This document shows, piece after piece, positions 29,599 through 38,342 of a DNA stretch of 64,000 nucleotides. The DNA comes from an uncultured virus (IMG/VR IMGVR_UViG_3300031773_001380) (taxonomy: Duplodnaviria; Heunggongvirae; Uroviricota; Caudoviricetes). The stretch is taken from the IMG/VR virus record IMGVR_UViG_3300031773_001380, one strand, 5' to 3'. Both the position numbers and the translations under genes were made by a program. Position 1 is the first letter of the stretch. Every line of letters begins with the position of its first letter. Under the pieces are notes generated by a model. The model was not told the DNA's origin. It searched no databases and saw nothing but the letters and a program-made list of their open reading frames with translations.

Positions 29599-30842
29599 TG
29601 TGATTTCCCAGGCAAGCCTTGAGGTGCAGTAGTTTTACCCATGACATCAACCATCTTACCGGATTTCTTATCTCTTTTTTGACCTACTCTTACAGTAGTT
29701 TCTTTTGATTTTGTTCTATTAAAAGAATTGGATTCAGGATCTCTATCAAAATATCTTGACTTTAAAGACTCTACAATTCTTTGTTGTTCTTCATCCATCG
29801 TATTCTTTCTAACTACTTCTTTTCCGCCAGGTCCAATGTCTGTTACTTTAACTCCAATTTTTTTCTTTGGATTAAGTTTTATCTTAAGTGTTTTAAGTTT
29901 GTCTTCACCTTTAAAATGTACTACAGGCTTCTTTCCTTCTTCTAAATCTGGAAATGCCTCTTTTGCTACAACACCATAAGTAGTTTTCTTTTTTCTTATT
30001 TGTTTAGCTGTGCTTGAGTTTCTGAAATTTTTAAGTCCACGCTTAATTTGGGTTTTAATACCTTGTGTTTCGTGTCCTAACTCGTGTTCCATTTCTTGTC
30101 TTTTAAAGTCTTCTTTGTAGCCTTCCTTTTGCAGTTTTTTAGCTGCTTTCTTAATTGTTTTTAAGCGATCATGTTTGCTTAAAGCATCAGCTACTTTATC
30201 ACCATCTCTATCAGGTGCTATGTGTGGACTTTTATGAAGGGTTCCTTTTTTACTAACAGTCTCACTTCCCTTTCTAAAGCCTGATACTAATTCATTTATG
30301 TTTTCTTCTTTTCTATATAAAGCTTTCGCTTTCCCATCTTTGTCTGGAAAACGATAAGCAGAAGGTTCTTTTTTCTTTTTTAGAAATTCATCTCTTTCAG
30401 ATTTTGAAAAAGGTCTAGGCCATTTTGTATCTTCAAGGAATCTTTTAGATTCTTTAGCTCTCTCTGCAGGTGTAAGTTTCATAAAGCCACTTTTAAGAGC
30501 TTTTTCGTTTTCTTGTGCTCTTCTTTTAAGTAAGCTACTTGATACTGGTTTTTTTATTGGCCTACCTGATGCTAAGTCTTCTTTAACTGCCTTTTGCTTT
30601 TTCTTAACAAATTTACGCAGTTCATTTCCTGCCTCAGCTGCTTTTTGGAAGTCTTTTTTTAGATCTTCTTTTTGTAAATGTGGATTTTTTACTGGATCGT
30701 TTCTATGGTATCTCGCTGGTGAACCACAGGATCTACATTGATCGCTACGATTCTTCTCAGCACCACAGTCGCCACAATTCCAGCCTGTCTTAGCTGCTCG
30801 GCCACCGTCATACATCTTTCTGGCTTCTGAGAATGTCTTCAT
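29586..30842 (-). CDS. Lys-rich late protein, putative internal head polyprotein (N-terminal part)
   Basis: Starts MKTFSEA; CGDC...CRSC; ends at CAA AAA AAA AGA TAG. Confidence 0.65.
   Translation of the reverse strand: MKTFSEARKMYDGGRAAKTGWNCGDCGAEKNRSDQCRSCGSPARYHRNDPVKNPHLQKEDLKKDFQKAAEAGNELRKFVKKKQKAVKEDLASGRPIKKPVSSSLLKRRAQENEKALKSGFMKLTPAERAKESKRFLEDTKWPRPFSKSERDEFLKKKKEPSAYRFPDKDGKAKALYRKEENINELVSGFRKGSETVSKKGTLHKSPHIAPDRDGDKVADALSKHDRLKTIKKAAKKLQKEGYKEDFKRQEMEHELGHETQGIKTQIKRGLKNFRNSSTAKQIRKKKTTYGVVAKEAFPDLEEGKKPVVHFKGEDKLKTLKIKLNPKKKIGVKVTDIGPGGKEVVRKNTMDEEQQRIVESLKSRYFDRDPESNSFNRTKSKETTVRVGQKRDKKSGKMVDVMGKTTAPQGLPGKSQKKR
29591..29599 (-). other. A9 slippery run, candidate -1 frameshift or transcriptional slippage site
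   Basis: A-AAA-AAA just before the stop, joining two long open frames. Confidence 0.55.
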
Positions 30843-30847
30843 ACTCT

Positions 30848-30855
30848 TATTTATA
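30848..30855 (-). promoter_or_regulatory. T4-type late promoter TATAAATA
   Basis: Exact box 5 nt before ATG. Confidence 0.7.
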
Positions 30856-30860
30856 CATCG

Positions 30861-31256
30861 TTAGTCTTTGGATACTGAATCTTCCAAAACTATTTCTGCT
30901 GTAACTCCAGTAATAGATTGCTCATAGTATATAATAATAGTCTTTTGTTGATCTATATAGCGTTTTAATTCGCTCATGTTTAGGGATAAGTTCTCATAGT
31001 CAGGAACACTTAATGCAAAATATACTAAATCTGCATTTTCTTTCTCAAATTTCTCTTTAAATTCTTCGAAGTTTTCTTCCGTAACAGCATAAAACTGTAT
31101 AGGATACATGGTTAATCCTTTAGGGTGTCCTTGTATTGGTATTTGTTTTTCTACGAATTTAGTCTGTACTTGTACTTCTTTTGGTATTAAACTACAACCA
31201 CTAAGGGCTAGTAGCAGTATCAGACTCGAGATCGTTAAGAATCTTTTGTGTTGCAC
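30861..31256 (-). CDS. o-spanin (Rz1-like lipoprotein)
   Basis: Lipobox LSGC; overlaps 3' end of the i-spanin gene. Confidence 0.75.
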   Translation of the reverse strand: MQHKRFLTISSLILLLALSGCSLIPKEVQVQTKFVEKQIPIQGHPKGLTMYPIQFYAVTEENFEEFKEKFEKENADLVYFALSVPDYENLSLNMSELKRYIDQQKTIIIYYEQSITGVTAEIVLEDSVSKD

Positions 31257-31569
31257 TATTCACTCTCCGTTCAATTAACCCAGGTTTTCTGAGGGTTAAC
31301 ATTGTTAAATCATGTTCCCTTAACTTCTTAGCTAAGTTATCTCCATAAGCCTCTGAGGCTTTTAATTTTATTCCAAGTTCTGTATTCAGAGCCTGTTGTT
31401 TTACAAAATCCTCTGAAAGTTTATCTATTGTTTGTTGATTTGTTGTAGCTGCTATTGATAGTTTGGCATTGTTTTCTGTTAAGACTGTAAGTCTTTTTTC
31501 TGTCATCCAATAATAAGCGCCAAAAGCAAGTACCATTGCAACAATAATGCCTAAGAGTATTTTACTCAT
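31201..31569 (-). CDS. i-spanin (Rz-like)
   Basis: N-terminal TM helix plus coiled coil; KPGLIERRVN. Confidence 0.7.
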   Translation of the reverse strand: MSKILLGIIVAMVLAFGAYYWMTEKRLTVLTENNAKLSIAATTNQQTIDKLSEDFVKQQALNTELGIKLKASEAYGDNLAKKLREHDLTMLTLRKPGLIERRVNSATQKILNDLESDTATSP

Positions 31570-31831
31570 CTAAAACCTTCTTCCATTCTTCATAACCGTC
31601 TACCTTTGCTTCTATTTTATCTATTCGTTCAGCTAACATAGGATAATCTGATCTCCATTTAGCTTCTTTCTTGGCAATCTCTATGTTATATCTATCTGCT
31701 AAGAATGACATTAGTTTGTTTATTTTAAGTTGAAACCATGCGCCAACTTTAGTATTAAGAAACCACTTACTAAAAGCGTTTCCAAATACTGCTGTTACAC
31801 ATGCAATTGCTAGTCTAGTTAATATTAACAT
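31562..31831 (-). CDS. small membrane-associated protein in lysis region
   Basis: Hydrophobic N-terminus; next to spanins. Confidence 0.55.
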   Translation of the reverse strand: MLILTRLAIACVTAVFGNAFSKWFLNTKVGAWFQLKINKLMSFLADRYNIEIAKKEAKWRSDYPMLAERIDKIEAKVDGYEEWKKVLDE

Positions 31832-32448
31832 TGTTCTGTTAAGAATGTTCTGAAATCTAACATTCCCCTCTCTTCTTTTTGTAAATTCATGCCTTGTCTT
31901 GTTGCCTTAAATAACTTCTTGGCATGATCATCGCTGTGGTTGGCATGTAACCCAGCTTTAAAAGACTTATAATCATTACCACTGGCATGGGCTCTCATCT
32001 TTGTTCCACTAATTCCTGCTACTCCTTCAGCATCAGGATCTCTATGGCCTGCTGATAATATATTTATTTTCTTATAATTGTATTCTTTTCCGTTATACTT
32101 TGTAGCAAGAGCTTTAAATTGTTTTACTCTATCACTACCAACAACCATTGTTGCGTGTGTATGTCCTTCTTGATGAAACTTTTTAAGTTGTGCTAAGAAG
32201 TGTGGGTGTTCTTTTGTGGAATGCTCAAAGTTTACATCTGGGTGTACATGTTGTAGGTATTCTTTTTTATGATTGTGATGTAATGGATCTGTTTTATTGT
32301 TTTGTGAATGACTAACAATAACTGCGTGATTAGCACCAATTGAATCTGCATGAGATTTAACTTTGTCCACAACCTTACTATGTCCAGCAGTTGGTGGATT
32401 CATCCTTCCGTATGAGAATACTATGTGTTTATCTGGTTTTTCTGCCAT
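31825..32448 (-). CDS. cytidylyltransferase-like (HIGH-superfamily) nucleotidyltransferase
   Basis: FSYGRMNPPTAGH, VVGSDRV and SAGHRDPD...ISGTKMR. Confidence 0.8.
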   Translation of the reverse strand: MAEKPDKHIVFSYGRMNPPTAGHSKVVDKVKSHADSIGANHAVIVSHSQNNKTDPLHHNHKKEYLQHVHPDVNFEHSTKEHPHFLAQLKKFHQEGHTHATMVVGSDRVKQFKALATKYNGKEYNYKKINILSAGHRDPDAEGVAGISGTKMRAHASGNDYKSFKAGLHANHSDDHAKKLFKATRQGMNLQKEERGMLDFRTFLTEQC

Positions 32449-33605
32449 TATCCTTTATTGAAATTAGCTGCGCTAAATTCACTCCTATCTACAAATTTAG
32501 AAGGCCTGCCATTTCTTATAGCAACAAACCCTTCTGGTTTACTTGGTGCTCCTGCTATTTCATGTCCCCATTGTGATTTTTGAGACATGGTGTTTGTAAT
32601 AATATTCTTTGCTGCTTGTAAATGCTTGTGCATGTTCATAGGGCCTTCAAAGTGTTCTTTATTCTTATTTATATGTCCTATTGTGTTATCTTTAGTTGTT
32701 TGATGCCTTGCTTTAGCTACATCTGTTTTAACACCATCTATTCGTTTCTGATGAGCTAGGCTTGCATGTTTAACAAATCCTTCATGAGAATATTGTTCGC
32801 CTGTCCTTACAGTATGGTTAATATATGTTTTCTTTGCAGTAGCATGTTTCTGTACAGTTTCATGGTGCTCATCAGGGGTATTTTTAAAGTGTGCTACTGC
32901 CTGTTGTAAGTGGTGGTCTACTTGTTTTCTATCCTCTGCAGAGTATCTATGAGTGCTTGTATCATGGTTAGCATCCATCATGTGAACATCTTTATGTTTT
33001 TTAAAGTTACCATGATCAACAGCTCCATGTACTGCTTTCATATCTGCTATAGTCTTACCTTCGTATTTTGTATGAACTGCTAGTCCTAATTTAGATTTAA
33101 GTGCTGCTTTACCATGATCTGAATCATGAGGTGCATGGTATGTAATTGTGTTTGGTGTAAAATGTACTTTAGTACCTTTCTTTTTAACATCTCCAGCGTG
33201 CATAATATCTGCCTGATATACACCATCAGGTTCTATTTTATGTGCATGGTCTAATGCTGCACTTAACTTCTGAACAAGTCCTGGAGCATGTCCGTGATTC
33301 TTTTGTATGTCTTCGTGTGTATGGTTTATTTTAGGATTCTTATTAAATGCTGATTTAGATGCTACAAAAAACTTACCATTCTCTGGGTGTTTCCCAAATA
33401 CAACAGCTGGACTACCATCATATTTTATTGTGGTTTGTGTTTGTCCTTGTCCTTTACCTTGTAGTCCATTGTGAACATCATTTAAAGTATGAAAAGCATG
33501 TCCAAACCCTTCCTTACCTGCATGTATGACGTGGTCTTCTACATGTTCTAGGTGTTTGAGTTTGTCTTCCTCATTTGCTTCTATTAAAAATTCTTTGAAT
33601 CTCAT
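32448..33605 (-). CDS. DUF6267-like protein with nucleic-acid-ligase-like KxDG motif
   Basis: HLEHVED, TIKYDGSPAV, PEGFV and KFVDRSEFS. Confidence 0.7.
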   Translation of the reverse strand: MRFKEFLIEANEEDKLKHLEHVEDHVIHAGKEGFGHAFHTLNDVHNGLQGKGQGQTQTTIKYDGSPAVVFGKHPENGKFFVASKSAFNKNPKINHTHEDIQKNHGHAPGLVQKLSAALDHAHKIEPDGVYQADIMHAGDVKKKGTKVHFTPNTITYHAPHDSDHGKAALKSKLGLAVHTKYEGKTIADMKAVHGAVDHGNFKKHKDVHMMDANHDTSTHRYSAEDRKQVDHHLQQAVAHFKNTPDEHHETVQKHATAKKTYINHTVRTGEQYSHEGFVKHASLAHQKRIDGVKTDVAKARHQTTKDNTIGHINKNKEHFEGPMNMHKHLQAAKNIITNTMSQKSQWGHEIAGAPSKPEGFVAIRNGRPSKFVDRSEFSAANFNKG

Positions 33606-33610
33606 ACCCG

Positions 33611-33618
33611 TATTTATA
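33611..33618 (-). promoter_or_regulatory. T4-type late promoter TATAAATA
   Basis: Exact box 5 nt before ATG. Confidence 0.7.
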
Positions 33619-34369
33619 ATAAACGGATAAATGGAAAGTCTAATTGTGTTTTCTTTTTCCCTGCTAAATTATCCATTTCTTCATTAGTTAATGGGGTTTC
33701 GTAAACATAATTTTTTACACTCTCATCATATCCGATATATTTCATCCTCTCTAAACCTTGCATTATTCTGCCATGTTTACCTGGCTCTGTACTTTCTGTC
33801 CTACAACCTGATTCCCTTGCTTCTGTTGTAGCTGATAATCTTTTTAAGAACTCTCGATCGCCATAATGATATCCTGTAAAAGATTCATCATAACCACCTG
33901 CTTCCCAGAAGTCATCTTTATGTACTACAAAAACATTTTGATGGCCTATCTGTTTGTTGTCTATTACTTGATTATATCTTTGATAACATTTATGATAATA
34001 AACTGAACCTTTATTAAACATAACCTGTTTTAATAATGCAACATCTGGTGGATACATTATAACATCAGAATCAAAATATGCTATCCAATCTGTTGTAGCA
34101 TATTTTGCTATAAGGTTTCTACAACCATGTGAATTGAACCCTATGTCTCTGGATACTCTCCATACCTGTATAGTTGGACCATAATCAGTTAAATTTAATT
34201 CTTTTTTTACAATGTTTATTGCAGGATAATCTGGTGATCCATCATCTACTAAAAATATGTCAACACCACTTGGCCATTTTTCCCATGCTCTGAATAACTC
34301 TATAAGTCTTTCAGGTTCGTTGTAGTAAGTATAACCAGCAGTAAATCTAAGTGAGTTCATCCGAGACAT
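33614..34369 (-). CDS. GT-A fold glycosyltransferase (GT2/GT7-like)
   Basis: YYNEP, VDDGS, CRN, DSD and GGYDESFTGYHYGDREF. Confidence 0.8.
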   Translation of the reverse strand: MSRMNSLRFTAGYTYYNEPERLIELFRAWEKWPSGVDIFLVDDGSPDYPAINIVKKELNLTDYGPTIQVWRVSRDIGFNSHGCRNLIAKYATTDWIAYFDSDVIMYPPDVALLKQVMFNKGSVYYHKCYQRYNQVIDNKQIGHQNVFVVHKDDFWEAGGYDESFTGYHYGDREFLKRLSATTEARESGCRTESTEPGKHGRIMQGLERMKYIGYDESVKNYVYETPLTNEEMDNLAGKKKTQLDFPFIRLL

Positions 34370-34700
34370 CCACCTTTGTTAGGTCTACAGCAGGGAAGTC
34401 TATAGCTCCACCGCTTTGTAATTGAAACTGCTCGTTATGTGTTAAATTGTCTCCAACATAAACTTCATAACCAGTAAATATCTCAACGACATCTGATCTT
34501 ATTTGGCCTTCTAACATGTGCTGAAATTTCAAAACATGTTCATTAATAATTGCTAATGTTAGACCACCCTCAGGTTCATCTAAATGAGCTATGATATATT
34601 CGTTACTAATGCCTGGTCTCCACATTGGAAGATCTTTATCAAGACCCTCTGCTTTCCAGAGTTTAGTGCACGCTACGATTTTTAACTTCTGAGCCATCAT
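34347..34700 (-). CDS. hypothetical protein
   Basis: 117-aa ORF in operon. Confidence 0.55.
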   Translation of the reverse strand: MMAQKLKIVACTKLWKAEGLDKDLPMWRPGISNEYIIAHLDEPEGGLTLAIINEHVLKFQHMLEGQIRSDVVEIFTGYEVYVGDNLTHNEQFQLQSGGAIDFPAVDLTKVDVSDELT

Positions 34701-34863
34701 ACATCTCTAAATTGTTTCTGATATCATTTATATCTATATTGTTTTTTCTTGCCAGTTGCTCTGACGTTACTTTCCAATAAGATTTAAACTCCCCATGTAA
34801 AGCTCTCTTTTCTGCCTTAACACAATTAACTATTCTTTGGATTGCTTTTGCTTTCATTTTCAC
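34663..34863 (-). CDS. hypothetical protein
   Basis: 66-aa ORF overlapping its neighbours. Confidence 0.5.
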   Translation of the reverse strand: MKMKAKAIQRIVNCVKAEKRALHGEFKSYWKVTSEQLARKNNIDINDIRNNLEMYDGSEVKNRSVH

Positions 34864-35290
34864 TCCTTGCTGTGCGTCTTCTGAGATCAGTACTACTGAA
34901 AGAATGATCTCGTTTATTATAAATTATTTCAATTTTCCTTTTATAGCAAATTCTTTTTGCTGTAAATTCTTGGTCCTTATATTCATCACCTAGTATCCTA
35001 ACATTAATAGGTAAGGTTAAAAATATATCTTCTAATTCTTTTTCTGTGTTATATACTACAATTTCATCTACAAATCTAATTGCTGCTAATTGTATTTGTC
35101 TTTCTACGACACTTTGTACCGGAGGGTTCTTGGCTTTTCTATCTTGAGTTGGATCTACTTGCAGCGCTGCTATCAGGTAATCACAATGTCTTTTGGCCTC
35201 TTCTAACATAACGACGTGTCCTGCGTGAAGAAGGTCAAAAGTGCTGCAGGTTATTCCAATGCGTCCGCAATTTTTGTAATCTAACCTCAT
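34826..35290 (-). CDS. glycerol-3-phosphate cytidylyltransferase-like (TagD family)
   Basis: TFDLLHAGH, LGDEY and RDHSFSSTDLR. Confidence 0.85.
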   Translation of the reverse strand: MRLDYKNCGRIGITCSTFDLLHAGHVVMLEEAKRHCDYLIAALQVDPTQDRKAKNPPVQSVVERQIQLAAIRFVDEIVVYNTEKELEDIFLTLPINVRILGDEYKDQEFTAKRICYKRKIEIIYNKRDHSFSSTDLRRRTARSENESKSNPKNS

Positions 35291-35468
35291 AACTCAATCT
35301 CCACTGCCTGTTCGCCTTTGTTGGTAGTTGTTTTGGCTAATTTCAGATCTTCTTCTACTAAATAACATAACAGTAGCAATAAGAGATTGTAAACTAAATG
35401 TTGCCATTTCTTTCACATTACTCATTATATATCTCCGAAACACAAAATCAACATAAAATTAACACAAT

Positions 35469-35972
35469 TTAGGTATTCAATAACTCAAGACCCCATTTCT
35501 GTATCTCATCATGCACAAATTCCTGAAAGTCTCCAGAATTTCCACTATAAGATTCAAGTCTTTCCTTAAACCAAACACCTGTTTGCTCTTCTCCGTTCAA
35601 ATATTCTTCACTATAAACATATGCACCAGCAAAATTATAGAATTCATCTGTATAAGTCATCATTAGTCTAACACTAGGATCTATACGGATTAAATATTCA
35701 CCTAATCTTTCAAACCATTTATAGGGTGATGACCATGTGGAAGTGATTGTTGCTTCTTCTCCGTCGAAGCCTGTAAAGTAAGCTACCTGAGGTCCTACCT
35801 CTTCTTCCATAAACTCATTATCTATTATTTCCACGTCAGACAGGAAGTGAGAAAACTCTAATCCTTTCTCATCATAGTCTTCAACTATGGAATTAAAAAC
35901 GTCAATGAAATTGCTAATTACTAGCGCGTTTCCTTTGACTACCTTTACTGTGCTATAAACATTGTTTGCCAA
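35469..35972 (-). CDS. acidic hypothetical protein
   Basis: 167 aa; STWSSP...YTDEFYNFAG. Confidence 0.55.
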   Translation of the reverse strand: MANNVYSTVKVVKGNALVISNFIDVFNSIVEDYDEKGLEFSHFLSDVEIIDNEFMEEEVGPQVAYFTGFDGEEATITSTWSSPYKWFERLGEYLIRIDPSVRLMMTYTDEFYNFAGAYVYSEEYLNGEEQTGVWFKERLESYSGNSGDFQEFVHDEIQKWGLELLNT

Positions 35973-36171
35973 TTAAATCACCTCTATTAAAAACGAAATC
36001 TTTTGCAGTCTGCATGGCAAGTCTTTTGCCTTCAGGCTGATCTATAATATGTTGTGTAAAAACTGGCTCTTTTAATTTAAAAAAAGTAACCACAAATTGC
36101 TTAATAGGAACATCTTGCTGTTCTATTTTAGCACTAAAAAATTCGTTTCCAAAAGATGATATAAATCTCAT
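35953..36171 (-). CDS. hypothetical protein
   Basis: 72-aa ORF in operon. Confidence 0.5.
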   Translation of the reverse strand: MRFISSFGNEFFSAKIEQQDVPIKQFVVTFFKLKEPVFTQHIIDQPEGKRLAMQTAKDFVFNRGDLIGKQCL

Positions 36172-36173
36172 GC

Positions 36174-36416
36174 TTACTCCACAGGGTATTTATTTTGACT
36201 AAAGTTATATCTTCTACTTAACAACAATTCAAGCTTCTCATGAGCTGTTGCCATTTTTTGTAATTCCATGTCTATTGCTTGCACCACGTCAGGATGTTCT
36301 CCTATGCCTACAGGATTTTCTAAATATACTCTGACGTTTGCTTTAGCTGAGGCAATCTCGCCTCTATATTTTGTCTCAAGAGCTTCTAATAATTCTTTGC
36401 CTATTTCTGATACCAT
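36174..36416 (-). CDS. conserved small phage protein
   Basis: VYLENPVGIGEHPD motif; GAGGG RBS. Confidence 0.7.
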   Translation of the reverse strand: MVSEIGKELLEALETKYRGEIASAKANVRVYLENPVGIGEHPDVVQAIDMELQKMATAHEKLELLLSRRYNFSQNKYPVE

Positions 36417-36420
36417 TGTT

Positions 36421-36581
36421 TCCCTCTTAATAAGGGACAGTTTAATGTCTTGTCCCAGGACTCTCCTTTTGTTGTCTGGTTATTTGGCACTGACACCTAG
36501 GTAACCACCCCAAAAAGAGGTTCTAAAATTTGTGGTTGTTTATTTGATTTCCGAAAGTGTTGAACAACCAAAACTCACTTA
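36421..36581 (-). ncRNA. putative structured RNA / 5' leader
   Basis: Stems GGTTGTT/AACAACC, CTTTT/AAAAG, TGGTTA/TAACCA and GGGACA/TGTCCC, downstream of CATAAATA (36582-36589). Confidence 0.45.
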
Positions 36582-36590
36582 TATTTATGC

Positions 36591-36848
36591 CTAGCTAAAA
36601 AGCCTAGAACCGGTAGTTGCAAATGCACTAGCGATCATTGCTCTGCTAGGAGTTCCAAGACGATAAGTTGGGTTACCAGCTTTATTCGTGTTGGTGTAAA
36701 TAGCATATCCTTTACCTCTAAGAACATTAATCTTAGCAGGAAGTCTATTTACTCTGAGCTTGTGTGTTGCCACAGCGTTGCTCAATGCTTTGCCAGAAGT
36801 CAAAAAGTTAAGAACTTTTTGTTCCTGACTCACTTTACGAGTTGCCAT
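36591..36848 (-). CDS. putative winged-helix DNA-binding protein
   Basis: KVLNFLTSGK...LRGKGYAIY...YRLGTPSRAMIA. Confidence 0.6.
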   Translation of the reverse strand: MATRKVSQEQKVLNFLTSGKALSNAVATHKLRVNRLPAKINVLRGKGYAIYTNTNKAGNPTYRLGTPSRAMIASAFATTGSRLFS

Positions 36849-37203
36849 ATTGGCCTCCTTCATTTATGGCACCTTCATTTACTACTGAAGTGATAGAAAC
36901 ACTAGGTGTTCCTGTATTCACGATAGTCGTAGTTTTAGGTACCGTTCTAAAAACGACCTTCTGGAGCGCATCTCTCACAGCTGGATTAAACTCTGAAATT
37001 TCTTTCTGTTTATCCTGCTCTAACAAAAATTGAGAAGCTTCCTTCTTGGTCATTGCTTCCGGCAATTCTATGAACATGGTGTCCGTATTAGATTTTGCCG
37101 TAAGTTTCTTTATACGAGAAACCATATCGTTTCCAAACCTGGCCTTAGTTGTGCCGTGTTCAGTTACGCTATATCCCGCATATTTAAATAGTTGTTCAGT
37201 CAT
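36835..37203 (-). CDS. hypothetical early protein
   Basis: AAGGA RBS; has its own promoter. Confidence 0.6.
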   Translation of the reverse strand: MTEQLFKYAGYSVTEHGTTKARFGNDMVSRIKKLTAKSNTDTMFIELPEAMTKKEASQFLLEQDKQKEISEFNPAVRDALQKVVFRTVPKTTTIVNTGTPSVSITSVVNEGAINEGGQYGNS

Positions 37204-37235
37204 AACATTTCCTTTTTTAATTAACTATACTACAC

Positions 37236-37264
37236 ATTATAGACTCTCGTAAACCAAGAGTCAA
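37236..37264 (-). promoter_or_regulatory. sigma70-type early promoter
   Basis: TTGACT-17 bp-TATAAT. Confidence 0.75.
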
Positions 37265-37289
37265 CCTTTTTGTGGACCAAAAGAGCAAT

Positions 37290-37664
37290 TTAACTTGCTA
37301 ACCTTTGAATAACTCTTTCCTTGGAGTATGCAATGCCTTTTTTGTAACAATAGAAACCATAGTCTCCTGATACATCTTCTGCATCCATATCCCATTGAAG
37401 AGCTTGTTTAAAGTCTTTTGCTCCCATATTAACTAAATTAGAGAAGTGCTTATGCAACTCTGTGTAGTTTTCATTTTCTAACTTCTGCTGATATTCATAA
37501 GCTTCGTTAGCTTCAACTACAAGGTCATCAAGGACCGACTTTAACTCTTCAACAGATAAGTCATTATAGATGCCTCTAGGTCTAAACCCTCGAGCGTCTT
37601 TATGACAGTCGCTTATATAAGTAAGTAACTGTTCTTTTTCTGTTAAATCGTCCCAATCTGTCAT
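37290..37664 (-). CDS. hypothetical early protein
   Basis: YISDCHKDARGFRPR motif; has its own promoter. Confidence 0.6.
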   Translation of the reverse strand: MTDWDDLTEKEQLLTYISDCHKDARGFRPRGIYNDLSVEELKSVLDDLVVEANEAYEYQQKLENENYTELHKHFSNLVNMGAKDFKQALQWDMDAEDVSGDYGFYCYKKGIAYSKERVIQRLAS

Positions 37665-37678
37665 TTATTAATCACCTT

Positions 37679-37732
37679 TTTATTTAATATACCGTTATTA
37701 TGCACTCTGGTGGACCATAAGTCAAGCATTTT
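37679..37732 (-). repeat. ~55-bp repeated early-promoter element, copy 1
   Basis: TTGACT-17 bp-CATAAT; nearly identical to 56240-56293 and 58751-58804. Confidence 0.8.
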
Positions 37733-37769
37733 ATTAAATCTTTTCCTTTGTTATATCAATAACTTAAAA

Positions 37770-38342
37770 TTATTTTTCTGATAAATCTTCAGATTCGTTG
37801 TTTCTTTTGATGAATTTTGCTGGATTTCCGTACCAAATCTCCCCTGGTGGGACGGATTTTCGTAATACTGTATTAGCACCTATAACAGAACTTTCCCCTA
37901 TATCTACCCCTGGCATTAGGGTTACATTAATACCTATGAGTACATTGTCGCCTATTATACCCCCAGGTTCTTTAATGTCTGTAGCGTACTTCTCTGGCCC
38001 TTTGTGGACCTTATTTGTTTGGAAAAACGATGCTGACATTACTACATTGTTGCCTATAACCGCATCCTGTGTTATGCCACATAAGGAACCTATTTGGCAG
38101 TTGTCTCCTATTTTAGCTCTTTCCCTGATATCTCCGCCAAATCCTGATATTGTAGTATTTTGTCCTATTACAACATCATCCCTTAGCCAGACATAATGAC
38201 CGATTTTAGAACCTTTACCGATTTCCACACCTCGATCAATAACACAAAAAGGTCCTATTTCAACATTGATCCCTATATGTGTATCTTTGTCTACCCAGGC
38301 TGTTGGGTGGATGCCTCTTCCAGTTCTTCTTCTGTCTTCCAT
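37770..38342 (-). CDS. hexapeptide-repeat (left-handed beta-helix) acyltransferase
   Basis: IHPTA, repeated IG.N hexapeptides, YGNPAK. Confidence 0.85.
   Translation of the reverse strand: MEDRRRTGRGIHPTAWVDKDTHIGINVEIGPFCVIDRGVEIGKGSKIGHYVWLRDDVVIGQNTTISGFGGDIRERAKIGDNCQIGSLCGITQDAVIGNNVVMSASFFQTNKVHKGPEKYATDIKEPGGIIGDNVLIGINVTLMPGVDIGESSVIGANTVLRKSVPPGEIWYGNPAKFIKRNNESEDLSEK

Noticed and set aside
35291..35425. Possible ~48-aa minus-strand ORF
   Set aside because: It has an RBS but no recognisable motif and competing frames; too uncertain to call
36421..36581. tRNA or known riboswitch class
   Set aside because: No cloverleaf or T-loop/CCA, and no match to riboswitch consensus sequences I can recognise; kept as an unassigned structured RNA
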